A stretch of 44,560 nt of DNA from an uncultured Pseudomonadales bacterium (GTDB taxonomy: Bacteria > Patescibacteriota > Microgenomatia > UBA1400 > PJMF01). The position numbers were made by a program, and so were the translations under genes. Under the pieces are notes generated by a model, which ran no database searches, was not told where the DNA came from, and saw only the letters and a list, made by a program, of their open reading frames with translations. Positions 1-9,058 of this stretch are shown here, piece by piece (positions within the stretch are counted from its first letter, which is position 1; every line of letters starts with the position of its first letter). Location: assembly GCA_964574595.1 (NCBI GenBank), contig CAZNOF010000002.1, positions 25,413-69,972 on the forward strand, in the 5' to 3' direction.

Positions 1-2177
1 CCACCATCACCAATGGCGGTTGCTGGGCCACCTGATGTGTTACAAGTAATCGTGTTTGCCACAGCATCATAGATTGCCCAAACGTTCGCCTTGGAAAGAA
101 TCACGAACTTACCATCTTGTCTTCGGAAAACTACTGAGCCATTTCCATTGAGTCCACAGGTTCCAGATGCTTGATTTCCATCGAGTGAAGGCCCTGCGGT
201 AAAGGCACCAATTGGTCCAGTACCTGTAATGGCTCCTGCTGATGGATTGTAAAGTTGAGTTGTAGAAAGTGCCCCACCAACCAGAATTAAAGCCTGTCCA
301 TCTGTTCTATGTAAAACTGCCGCGCCAACACCCCAGTTTCCACCTGATCCAGATGGGCCAGTGACAAAGGTATCTGCAATTGGATCGTATAACTGAGTCG
401 TTGCTAAGGTTGGAGCGTTAGTAATCAGGTATCTGCCATCTGGACGAAGGAAAGCAACTGAACCGGCTCCTTTTGAGGCAGCTGCTACTGACACCCCTAC
501 GCCAACTGCGCCCATTGGATCAACTAAGGAGGTGGTGGTTGCACCACCACCATGCAAAATTCGGTATAAGCCACCTGGCCTTGGGAGAGCAAGGGCACCC
601 ACGCCAGCCGCATTATTAAGCACCATTGAAGAGTTTGTAAACGTACCTGCTACCGGATCATAAATATCCATACCGGTTCCACCACCTCTGATAACTAAAT
701 AATCACCATCTGCACGAGTAATAGCAAAAGCTCCAGCACCGATATTTCCAGAAGTAGCTGGCTGAGTACTCGTCGTAATAGTGCCTTTGCCACTATTCGG
801 GATTCCGCCAGTGACTGTGTCTGATAGTGACAAGGCATCATTAGTATTTGTTAAGCTTGAGCCTACTGTTCCAAGTGCAAAGTCTGCTGTTGAATCTTTA
901 ACGATGCTGGAATCAGCACCATTAATTGTTAGGCCGCCATTATTTCCGACGGTGAATTTATTGATCCCACTGGTTTGTAACTGCAATAGGGAGCCTGTCC
1001 CAGTGTTATTTACGCTAATTGCCGCCCCACTGCCTGTCTGAGAGATGGCTAAAGCAGCATAGGAACTTCCAGAATTTGCCGAAATATTTACACCGTTGGC
1101 GGCATTGGAAGCTTGAGTAATATCAAGTGCTGCCACGGCCGCCGTCGTATTGGCTTGGGCAAGTTGCAAGAGAAATGCACTCGAGTCTGTACCACCAGAG
1201 CTTGGGTTTGTGAAGACTAATCCGTCATCGGCTGCGGTCAAGGAAATAGTGGCGTTGCTGCCATCTGCGTCTGTGTCATATGCTTGCTGAAGATTTGTGG
1301 AGCCGCCTGCGCCACACCCTGAACAAGATGTGACAGTTAAAGCACCAGATTTAGATACTTTCCAGTTACCACCTGTTCCCACGATGTCATTTAAATTCGT
1401 TCCTGTTGCACCGGACAAGTTAAACTGCAAGCCAGTTTGATCAAATGCGCCGGTTCCAGAAAGTGAAATTGATTGGCCAACAATGGCTCCAGTAATATTG
1501 GTGGCATCTGAAAAGGCAAGTCCTGTTCCGCTGGTTTGTGTAGAAGTAATTGTTTGTGATGGCGCATTACTTGTTAAAACTGTGCCACCGGAGGTACTTG
1601 GGAGGGTAAAGGTGGTGGAATCCGTTCCGTTTAATGAAATTGTGTTATTGACGGTGAATGTTTTATTAGCCGCGATGTTGAGAGTATTGCCGCCATTATT
1701 GGTGACAGCCAAGCCGTTTACTTTTTGAGCGTTGAACGCGTATGGTACGGCGGCGAACTGCAGACGAGGTGTCATTTCAGCATCACCAGTTGCTGCTCCG
1801 GCAGCATTTTTGGTGACCTGAATACCTAGATAGAGGGCGGTGTTATTAAAATCAACCGTGGAGAGTGATGTGACTGAACCTAGCTGAACTTGAAAGACAC
1901 CGTTGGTCACCGTCTGAGATGATTGGGTTTCTGTCCAGATATTCGAACCACCACTGGAAACGTTGTAGAGTTTGAAGACTAACTCGTAGCCAGAACCATC
2001 GGTCACATTAGTGCCGTCAGTATTTGTTAACTTCCCTTGAAAATTAATTCGGTCGTTGATACCAGTAGCTGCCTGAACTGGTGTAGCGAGGAGAACGGAA
2101 TTCAAACTAAAAAGGACAGCAAAAACCACACCTACCACGAGACCCATTTTCTTGATCTTTTTTAGACAATTAAGCAC
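1..2177 (-). CDS. Large secreted fibre/adhesin-like protein with Kelch-like repeats (partial; 3' end lies beyond window start)
   Basis: Not in the ORF track because it runs off the edge. Manual translation gives an open frame of about 725 codons from GTG 2177 (or ATG 2147). It reads: signal peptide ...LATPVQA; N-module INFQGKLTNTDG...EMTPRLQFAAVPYAFNA; Gly/Thr/Ser-rich stalk containing TNLQQAYD; then ~45-aa repeats such as GAGAFAITRADGDYLVIRGG..DIYDP, GAGSVAFLRPDGRYLI..QLYDP and GVGAAVLHRTDGQALILVGG..QLYNP. Confidence 0.85.
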   Translation of the reverse strand, partial: MLNCLKKIKKMGLVVGVVFAVLFSLNSVLLATPVQAATGINDRINFQGKLTNTDGTNVTDGSGYELVFKLYNVSSGGSNIWTETQSSQTVTNGVFQVQLGSVTSLSTVDFNNTALYLGIQVTKNAAGAATGDAEMTPRLQFAAVPYAFNAQKVNGLAVTNNGGNTLNIAANKTFTVNNTISLNGTDSTTFTLPSTSGGTVLTSNAPSQTITSTQTSGTGLAFSDATNITGAIVGQSISLSGTGAFDQTGLQFNLSGATGTNLNDIVGTGGNWKVSKSGALTVTSCSGCGAGGSTNLQQAYDTDADGSNATISLTAADDGLVFTNPSSGGTDSSAFLLQLAQANTTAAVAALDITQASNAANGVNISANSGSSYAALAISQTGSGAAISVNNTGTGSLLQLQTSGINKFTVGNNGGLTINGADSSIVKDSTADFALGTVGSSLTNTNDALSLSDTVTGGIPNSGKGTITTSTQPATSGNIGAGAFAITRADGDYLVIRGGGTGMDIYDPVAGTFTNSSMVLNNAAGVGALALPRPGGLYRILHGGGATTTSLVDPMGAVGVGVSVAAASKGAGSVAFLRPDGRYLITNAPTLATTQLYDPIADTFVTGPSGSGGNWGVGAAVLHRTDGQALILVGGALSTTQLYNPSAGAITGTGPIGAFTAGPSLDGNQASGTCGLNGNGSVVFRRQDGKFVILSKANVWAIYDAVANTITCNTSGGPATAIGDG

Positions 2178-2212
2178 ATCTATATTGTGCTTAAAGTTGA
2201 GCTTGTTGACAA
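2170..2212 (-). promoter_or_regulatory. Sigma70-type promoter overlapped by a 9-bp inverted repeat (candidate operator)
   Basis: Minus strand: TTGTCA (2212-2207), 17 nt, CACAAT (2189-2184), 6 nt, GTG 2177. The perfect inverted repeat TTAAGCACA-N7-TGTGCTTAA (2170-2194) covers the -10 box and the start codon. Confidence 0.55.
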
Positions 2213-2289
2213 CGTGATCAAAAGCTTACAAAGGCGGTAGATAGTAATCAAGAGCTCAGCAATTTGCTACTTGATAAAGTATAAGGAGA

Positions 2290-4020
2290 ATGTGCTACGC
2301 TTTGACTGTGAAATTTCACCTTCTTCAACATAGGTTTCTACGCGCTTTTTTATGCTTGGCAATTTTTGCAAGTTACTTTGTGACAGCTCCCAAAGCAGAA
2401 GCGGCGATTGCCCATGTTCAAAGCACGTATGACTACAACCTGTCCACAGGTTCGAGTTTTGGCAAAGCGTTTGCTGGCAGCGTGACCGCTGGCAACACGG
2501 TGATTGTGGCAACATCAACTTGGAATGGAGGAGGCACCGCCACGGTTACCTCAGTAACTGATTCTCAAGGAAATGTATACACGAAGGCAGATGAATATCT
2601 GGTAAATGGTGAGAAACTAGCAGTTTGGTACCACATAGGTATAGCTAGTTCAGGGAGTTTAACAGTCACTGCGAACACGGGTCCTCCAGCCGATATTACC
2701 ATCGGTATCCACGAATACAGTGGAATTGCATCGATCGATCAACATACCACCGGAGCAAGTGGTGGAACGGCATTAAGTGCTGGCCCAGTGACTACCACCA
2801 GTGCAGACGAACTGATTTTTGGTGCCTTTAATAACGACACCGGTGGCACGTTTACTCCTACCGTGGGGAGTGGTTTTACTGCCAGAGTTCAACAAAACGA
2901 TAACAGTGCTCACGAAGATCTCTGGACTCAGGACAAAATTGTCTCAAGCATTGGCGCTTATTCATCTGATATGACGGTGACTCCAACGAGTAGTTGGGCT
3001 GCCATCATTGTCACTTTTGCACCATCAGTTGCTACGGGAAATCCATTTAGTACCACCTATAAAATTCAAAGCTATCAATTTGGCGGGGGTGGTTTGGCAA
3101 CAGCAGCAGCTGGCTTATCTAGTCACTACGCCTTGAATGCGAACATTGGCCAAGTAGAAAGTGCCAGTGCGAGCTCTACGCATTACGTCACGAATAATGG
3201 TATTACGTATTTGCAGATGGCAAATGTGCCGCCAGCTCCCACGTTTACTAATCCCTCAAGCTTTGCCGATAAACTCCAAATTGTAATTAACACGGGCGGC
3301 AATCCAAGTGATACCAAGTACGCTATTGCCGTCTCGTCCAATGCCTTCGTGAGTTCCACTCAATACGTGCAGGCTGATAGCACGCTTGGCTCGACACCAG
3401 TATTTCAAACTAATGCAGTCTGGGGTGCTAGTGGGTTTAACGTGATTGGTTTAGCTGCTGGAACGACTTACTCTGCCAAAGTGACTGCCAAGCAAGGTAA
3501 TTTCAGTCAAAGCAATTTTGGCAACTTTGCTCAAGCTTCCACGATTAATACGTCCTTCTCGTTAAGTATCACCCCAAACACCGTCAGTATTGGCTCGTTA
3601 ACGCCTGGCTCAGTTGTGACAGCAGGAACTACCGTCACAAGTACCATCAGTACCAACGGCAGCGGGGGCGGCACAATCTACGTCTACGATTCCAACACTG
3701 GCCTATTAAGTAGCAGTACAAGTTACACGATTAGTTCCGTCAGTAACGACTTGTCTTCTATCAGCGAAGGCTATGGTTTGCGAGGAACGAGCACCAGTCA
3801 ATCCAGTGGTGGTCCAATGCGAATTATCTCGCCGTATAACGGAGCGAGTAACAACGTGGGAATTATTGATTCAACGAAGCGACCTATTTTTGACTCAACC
3901 GGTGCTGCTGTCACCTCAGGAACGGCCACTTTTGAAGTCAAAGCAAAAGCCAGTAATGTGGCAAAAGCCGCCACTGACTACTCTGATATCTTAACGATTA
4001 TTGGTTCGGCAACTTTTTAG
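2290..4020 (+). CDS. Secreted multidomain surface protein with C-terminal WxL/pilin-like domain (candidate tip adhesin)
   Basis: 576-aa ORF; likely start is GTG 2308 (TGcTACGCT-N6-GTG). It has a signal peptide ending PKAEA, an N-terminal beta-rich AIAHVQS domain, an FN3-like middle part, and the C-terminus ...AATDYSDILTIIGSATF, which matches the end of the 5243-6313 protein. Confidence 0.75.
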   Translation: MCYALTVKFHLLQHRFLRAFLCLAIFASYFVTAPKAEAAIAHVQSTYDYNLSTGSSFGKAFAGSVTAGNTVIVATSTWNGGGTATVTSVTDSQGNVYTKADEYLVNGEKLAVWYHIGIASSGSLTVTANTGPPADITIGIHEYSGIASIDQHTTGASGGTALSAGPVTTTSADELIFGAFNNDTGGTFTPTVGSGFTARVQQNDNSAHEDLWTQDKIVSSIGAYSSDMTVTPTSSWAAIIVTFAPSVATGNPFSTTYKIQSYQFGGGGLATAAAGLSSHYALNANIGQVESASASSTHYVTNNGITYLQMANVPPAPTFTNPSSFADKLQIVINTGGNPSDTKYAIAVSSNAFVSSTQYVQADSTLGSTPVFQTNAVWGASGFNVIGLAAGTTYSAKVTAKQGNFSQSNFGNFAQASTINTSFSLSITPNTVSIGSLTPGSVVTAGTTVTSTISTNGSGGGTIYVYDSNTGLLSSSTSYTISSVSNDLSSISEGYGLRGTSTSQSSGGPMRIISPYNGASNNVGIIDSTKRPIFDSTGAAVTSGTATFEVKAKASNVAKAATDYSDILTIIGSATF

Positions 4021-4075
4021 TGGGCTGGAGCAAGCTGATCCTTATGTGGACAAGCACCCAGCTCGTCTGTAGTAT

Positions 4076-5194
4076 ATGGGCATGCGCCGTTCACCCCGCA
4101 ATTTCCTATTTTTTATTTTCTTCTTGGTTAATGCACTCTTTTTTTCGTGCGCTCCGGCTGCTTTTGCACAGGCAAAAACGAAAGATCAAGAAACTGATTC
4201 GCCACCTCTGGATATTACTGCTTCACCAACCTCATTTGATCTGAAAGTCATTCCTGGCTCCTCAGTTACCAAGCAAATTCGGGTTCATAACAACAATGCA
4301 AAACCCATTACGCTTACTGTTTCCGTCAAAAAACTGATCGCAGATCCAAACGGCTCAATCTCGATGACTGATTTCAAAGATGAAAGCTTTCAAAATTGGC
4401 TGACTGTCCAATCCGCCAGTGTTTCAGCCTCGCCAAAAGAATGGGTTAATATTCCGTTCACGGTTTCTGTTCCTCAAGAAGCCTCCTTTGGGTATTACTG
4501 GGCAATTTTGGTTTCACTAGAGAGTCCGCAAAAAGAAATTACTGCTCCTCAAGCCCAGATTACTGGCGCCTTAGCGGTTCCAGTCTTACTAGCCGTGGAC
4601 CGGCCAGACGCTACCTTTGAAGGGAAGCTTTCCAAGTTTCAAACGAGCAGTAAGTTTTACGAATACGTGCCAATTACCTTCCAAACCACCTTTGATAATT
4701 TGAGCAATGTCCACATCAAGCCACAGGGTGACATTTTCGTGAGCGACTGGTTGGGAAGACAGGTAGCGGTTTTACCTGCGAATGAACCACAAGGCAGCAT
4801 TCTACCTGGTTCTAAGAGAACATATGAAGTGAAGTGGGACGATTCATTTATTTCGCTGGAGGAAAAGATGGAAGACGGCAAAGTCGTCACTGATAAAAAG
4901 GGTCAGCCAGTGAGGGAGTACAGATTCCACTTTGATAAGCTACTGAACTTTAGAATTGGAAAATATACGGCAACCACATTACTGGTAATTAGCTCTGATA
5001 CCAAAGATTTATCCTACCAAGCCACAACTGATTTTTGGGTCATTCCGTGGAAAATAATCATCGGGGTAATCCTTTTTGTGATCCTTGCAGGAGTAGGTTT
5101 ACTCAACACGCTGAAGTCAATTATCAGAACCCTAAAAAGGATTGTTCAAAAGTTCAAAAAGAAAGAAGTCATAGATCAAGAAGCTCAGCATTGA
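4076..5194 (+). CDS. DUF916/DUF3324-like (WxL-interacting, CscA-like) membrane-anchored protein, paralog 1
   Basis: Signal peptide, two Ig-like domains with motifs HIKPQGDIF, ILPGSKRTY and FRIGKYTAT, then a C-terminal TM helix and basic tail. Confidence 0.75.
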   Translation: MGMRRSPRNFLFFIFFLVNALFFSCAPAAFAQAKTKDQETDSPPLDITASPTSFDLKVIPGSSVTKQIRVHNNNAKPITLTVSVKKLIADPNGSISMTDFKDESFQNWLTVQSASVSASPKEWVNIPFTVSVPQEASFGYYWAILVSLESPQKEITAPQAQITGALAVPVLLAVDRPDATFEGKLSKFQTSSKFYEYVPITFQTTFDNLSNVHIKPQGDIFVSDWLGRQVAVLPANEPQGSILPGSKRTYEVKWDDSFISLEEKMEDGKVVTDKKGQPVREYRFHFDKLLNFRIGKYTATTLLVISSDTKDLSYQATTDFWVIPWKIIIGVILFVILAGVGLLNTLKSIIRTLKRIVQKFKKKEVIDQEAQH

Positions 5195-5220
5195 CAGTCA
5201 GTACAAAAAATTGTTAGAGT
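5191..5220 (+). promoter_or_regulatory. Sigma70-type promoter for the 5243-6313 gene
   Basis: TTGACA (5191-5196), 18 nt, TGtTAGAGT extended -10 (5212-5220). Confidence 0.5.
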
Positions 5221-5242
5221 TAATCACTACCGATTGGAAATT

Positions 5243-6313
5243 ATGTTTGTGCCTACCCAAATCAGCAAGAAAAAACTTGTTAAAGTTAGTCAACTTGTAC
5301 TCATTGCAGTACTGTTGATGCAACCTCTCTTTATTTTCGTTCCTCAAGTGCACGCGGTGGCTCCTACAGGATTTTTACGTCTTGATCGTATGGCTACTTC
5401 TACGGCAACTGGTGGAACAGTCTGTTTTACGCCACAGACAGTTGCGACAGAAGCTAAAGTAGTGGTTACTTTTCCCGCCACCGGTGCCTCTGCGGATGCC
5501 ACCCATTTTGGTGTGAATGCAACAGCGAGCAACTGGACTGTTACTACAACCAATTTACCAACTGGTGCCACAATCTGGCCAACCATTGCAACTGCTTCTA
5601 ACGTGACTGGTGGAGCCGTTACATTTGCAGGTGGTGACCTGACAGTGGGTACTCAGTATTGTTTCAACTTTACCGGTACTAGTACGTTATCAACTCCAAC
5701 CAGTGCTGGTACAAACTTTACGGGCACGATTCAGACACAAACCGGAGCTTCAGCTCCCATTGATACGATTAATTTCGCTACCTCAGTCATTTCAAATGAC
5801 CAAGTGACTGTGACCGCCACTGTGCCTTCAACATTCACCATGACTTTGAACACGAACACAGCTGCTCTAGGTTCACTGCCTACAACAGGTGCTCCTGCAA
5901 CTGCAGCAGTCACGATGACTGTCAGTACCAATGCTAATAACGGCTGGTTATCATGGGTTAAAAACACCGGTGCCAACAGTACCTTAACTTCTGTGACCAC
6001 GTCAGATACCTCGATATCAAGCGGAGCCTATACAACTGGATCTGGAAACGTACACTCGTTAAGTAGTGCGGCAGGATATGGTATGAGTGCTGCAGCGGGA
6101 ACGGGATCACCGACAATCGCCACAGAGTATGCAGGTTCGTCTACGACCTTTGGATCATTAGATAGTACCAAGTTTGAACAGTTTGCCTCAAAGAATGCGC
6201 CTGCCAGTGGTAACACCGTCACCATTACATTTGGAGCGGAAGCAGCCGCTACAACCAAAGCGGGAACTGACTACACGGACACCGTTACTATCACGGCAGC
6301 AGGTCAATTTTAA
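5243..6313 (+). CDS. Secreted WxL/pilin-like subunit (candidate major fibre subunit)
   Basis: ORF opens at TTG 5234; ATG 5243 preferred. Signal peptide ends PQVHA. The protein is Thr/Gly/Ala-rich with two Cys in the N-domain. The C-domain carries TVSTNANNGWLSWV and ends GTDYTDTVTITAAGQF. No membrane anchor. Confidence 0.75.
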   Translation: MFVPTQISKKKLVKVSQLVLIAVLLMQPLFIFVPQVHAVAPTGFLRLDRMATSTATGGTVCFTPQTVATEAKVVVTFPATGASADATHFGVNATASNWTVTTTNLPTGATIWPTIATASNVTGGAVTFAGGDLTVGTQYCFNFTGTSTLSTPTSAGTNFTGTIQTQTGASAPIDTINFATSVISNDQVTVTATVPSTFTMTLNTNTAALGSLPTTGAPATAAVTMTVSTNANNGWLSWVKNTGANSTLTSVTTSDTSISSGAYTTGSGNVHSLSSAAGYGMSAAAGTGSPTIATEYAGSSTTFGSLDSTKFEQFASKNAPASGNTVTITFGAEAAATTKAGTDYTDTVTITAAGQF

Positions 6314-6333
6314 AGAGTGAATCATCCTCTTTT
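6312..6333 (+). terminator. Weak hairpin directly after the subunit stop codon (possible partial terminator)
   Basis: AAAGAG-N9-CTCTTT followed by T; short stem only. Confidence 0.25.
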
Positions 6334-6354
6334 GAATAGATCAAACTATCCTGT

Positions 6355-7434
6355 ATGATACGAGCATCTATGACCAAGCTGCTTCAAAAATGCCTCTTTG
6401 TTCTCCTTTTGATTACTGGTTTTTCTGTCATTTTTGCCCCTGCTTCTTTTGCACAAACTAAGGATGGTTTAGATATCACCATTAGTCCAAGTGTGTTGGA
6501 ATTAAGCGGCAATCCTGGGGATGTTCTCCAGCAAAAATTTAGAATTCGCAACAACAGTTCTTCACCAGAAGAATTGTCGATTAATATTGGCAAGTTAGAA
6601 GCGCACAGTGAAACTGGGCAAGTCGTGCCTATTCAAACCCAGCCGGGAGATACAGTTCCAAGCTGGATGTCATTTGAATCGCCCACCTTCACGGCTTTGC
6701 CAAAAGAGTGGAAGGATGTTTCGTTTCAAATCGCTATCCCTAAAGATGCCGCTTTTGGCTACGCGTTCGCTATCCGCATTTCTCAATTGCCTAATAAAGA
6801 GCAACCTGACACTGTCAGTGCCAAGCTCGTTGGCGAGTTGGTCTTACCAGTTCTCTTGAATGTGCGGAGTGAGGGATCTAAAGCGGAACTGAAGTTGCTT
6901 TCCTTTAAACCTGATAATGTTATTACCGAATACATGCCCACTACTTTTAATATTAAGTTGGCAAATACCGGCAATGTTTATATTAAGCCTCAAGGTGATA
7001 TTTTCATTCGATCCAGTCAGGGATCTGACGAGGCAACGATCGATATTAATGCCAACTCAGGGGCAATTTTGCCAGGTGGTACACGCACCTTTCCAGTGGA
7101 GTGGTCAGATGGGTTTCTAGTACGAGAACCAGTTATGGAAGATGGTTCGCCTGTCGTTGACGCAAAAGGGAAACCTCAGACACATCTGAAAATTAATTGG
7201 AATAAAGTTACATCGTTCAGAATTGGCAAATACACGGCAACTGCTCTCGTTGTTTATGATAATGGCGAGCGGGATGTTTCATTAGAATCCACTACTGACT
7301 TTTGGATCATTCCTTATCGATTAATTGGGGGAATTTTGGTAAGCGTTATTTTGATTGTCATTCTCTTTAGAATCATCTTGAAGTGGTACATTGCTAAAGA
7401 AATTAAAAAAAGATCAGCACAACCAATAACATGA
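6355..7434 (+). CDS. DUF916/DUF3324-like membrane-anchored protein, paralog 2
   Basis: Likely start is ATG 6370. Signal peptide; motifs YIKPQGDIF, ILPGGTRTF and FRIGKYTAT shared with paralog 1; C-terminal TM helix. Confidence 0.75.
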   Translation: MIRASMTKLLQKCLFVLLLITGFSVIFAPASFAQTKDGLDITISPSVLELSGNPGDVLQQKFRIRNNSSSPEELSINIGKLEAHSETGQVVPIQTQPGDTVPSWMSFESPTFTALPKEWKDVSFQIAIPKDAAFGYAFAIRISQLPNKEQPDTVSAKLVGELVLPVLLNVRSEGSKAELKLLSFKPDNVITEYMPTTFNIKLANTGNVYIKPQGDIFIRSSQGSDEATIDINANSGAILPGGTRTFPVEWSDGFLVREPVMEDGSPVVDAKGKPQTHLKINWNKVTSFRIGKYTATALVVYDNGERDVSLESTTDFWIIPYRLIGGILVSVILIVILFRIILKWYIAKEIKKRSAQPIT

Positions 7435-8366
7435 AGTTCTTCTCTAGACTCACTTTTTCACTCCTAAGTGGAGTCATTTTCTTAGTCATGACGAGTCCAA
7501 TATCGGCAGCTTCTCCTCAACCTACGCCGTCAACAGATTTTGGAGTTTCCGTAAGCCCATCATTAATTCAACTCGATCTCGATCACAACAAGCCGTTGAC
7601 CAAGATCACCTACACCAATCATACCAAGCAAGATATTCAGCTTTTTTTGAGTGCCTCAGACTTTACTGAATTAGAGGATGGTTACAAATTATCTTTTCTG
7701 TCACAAAAAGATCCTGAAAACTATAAATACCGATTATCATCATGGATCTCATTTGGTCAAAATACCTTTGTCTTGAAGCCCGGGCAATCACAAGACGTGC
7801 TAGTACTGATCAATGCCAGTCAGTTAAGCCCAGGAGCTCACTATGGCACTATTTTGGCCAAGATTGAGCAGGGAAAGGGAGATGAGACGATTCAAATTCA
7901 AGGCATCCTTTCTAGCCTTTTATTTGTTCGTACTAGTACTGGCACAGAGAAGGAGTCTGCCTCAATTCAAACCTTCACCCAAGTTGAAAATCTATTGGGA
8001 TTTCCGGCAAATTTTTCTCTTCGCTTTAATAATACGGGTGAAACCACACTTACGCCCTATGGTCTAGTTGAAATCAGAGATGTCTGGGGAAATTTGGTAG
8101 CCAAAGGAACTTTGAATCAGGACTCTTTGCAAACATTGCCAGAAAGTGTTCGCCGATACGACATACCAGTTAAACACATTGCGCCGGTTTTATTTCCTAG
8201 CAAGTATCATGCCACGTTTACCATGCACTATGGCAAAAAACCAGATTATTTGAAGAGTGAATTGACTTTTTATTCGATTGGTAGCTGGCCATTTTTCTTG
8301 TTGCCATTTGTGTTTGTTGGAATTGTTTGGGCTAGTGTAAAACGACGGAAGACAAAAACGGATTAA
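7431..8366 (+). CDS. DUF916/DUF3324-like membrane-anchored protein, paralog 3 (shorter)
   Basis: 4-nt overlap with the upstream stop. Signal peptide; motifs VSVSPS, LTPYGLVEI, TLPESVRRY and PSKYHATF; C-terminal TM helix and basic tail. Confidence 0.7.
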   Translation: MKFFSRLTFSLLSGVIFLVMTSPISAASPQPTPSTDFGVSVSPSLIQLDLDHNKPLTKITYTNHTKQDIQLFLSASDFTELEDGYKLSFLSQKDPENYKYRLSSWISFGQNTFVLKPGQSQDVLVLINASQLSPGAHYGTILAKIEQGKGDETIQIQGILSSLLFVRTSTGTEKESASIQTFTQVENLLGFPANFSLRFNNTGETTLTPYGLVEIRDVWGNLVAKGTLNQDSLQTLPESVRRYDIPVKHIAPVLFPSKYHATFTMHYGKKPDYLKSELTFYSIGSWPFFLLPFVFVGIVWASVKRRKTKTD

Positions 8367-8994
8367 AGAATTCATCAACCTGATCCATGGTATATCCCGT
8401 CACAGAAAAACTCAGGACAGATCCTTTGTAAAAAAGAAAAGCCACTTTCTGTGCCATATCATCTTCTTTTGAAAATCCCTGGCCTGCAACGGAATCGATA
8501 GTAATTGGAAACGGTTTATACGTTTCGGGATCTAGTGACCTGACACGGTAACCAGAAGCATCCTCAAGTTTTTGAACATCTGGGTTGCGATTTATTTGAA
8601 CACTGACCACGATGTGTTTGATTGGCAAGCTATAGGAAAAGTTGTCTATCATATTTTTATCGGCAGTTACTTTGATTTTCTTTTTAGCTGATGGTGACGC
8701 ATCTGGCTCGGTTGTGGGATGGAGCGAATCTTCTAAAATATGGGCATTCCCAGGGTAGGTATAATCGGCAAGAGGCGTTGTACGGGTCAAGTTTTCAATG
8801 GGTTCGTCGCTTTGACCTACATTCACAGATCTTCCCAAGATTTTTTCTAAAGCCTTACTTTTTTGCGTCTCTGTCAGGACACTTTTAGGAGGTGCCGGAA
8901 AAAGAAAGATTTTTATTCCAATCCCGACTATGATCAGAATCATCATTCCAAGTCCTAAAAAAAGAATGCGTTTTTTTCCGGTAGGTAGCTGCAT
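8332..8994 (-). CDS. Hypothetical single-pass membrane protein (possibly PsbP-like ectodomain)
   Basis: 223-aa ORF; ATG 8994 follows TGcTATTAT. N-terminal TM helix. The C-terminal pattern GQGFSKEDDMAQKVAFLFYKGSVLSFSV...FFNPFLSSV is reminiscent of Mog1/PsbP-fold proteins (weak). Confidence 0.6.
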   Translation of the reverse strand: MQLPTGKKRILFLGLGMMILIIVGIGIKIFLFPAPPKSVLTETQKSKALEKILGRSVNVGQSDEPIENLTRTTPLADYTYPGNAHILEDSLHPTTEPDASPSAKKKIKVTADKNMIDNFSYSLPIKHIVVSVQINRNPDVQKLEDASGYRVRSLDPETYKPFPITIDSVAGQGFSKEDDMAQKVAFLFYKGSVLSFSVTGYTMDQVDEFFNPFLSSVVLH

Positions 8995-9058
8995 ATCTAT
9001 CAAATAATAGCAGAGATTCCGTCTGGTTTAGCGAGGAAATATTTAGTATCCTAATCTC

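Noticed and set aside
781-1728. Plus-strand ORFs 781-1041 and 1483-1728
   Set aside because: They are antisense shadows of the long minus-strand fibre gene, with the Val/Pro/Leu bias expected from reversed Thr/Gly/Asn codons.
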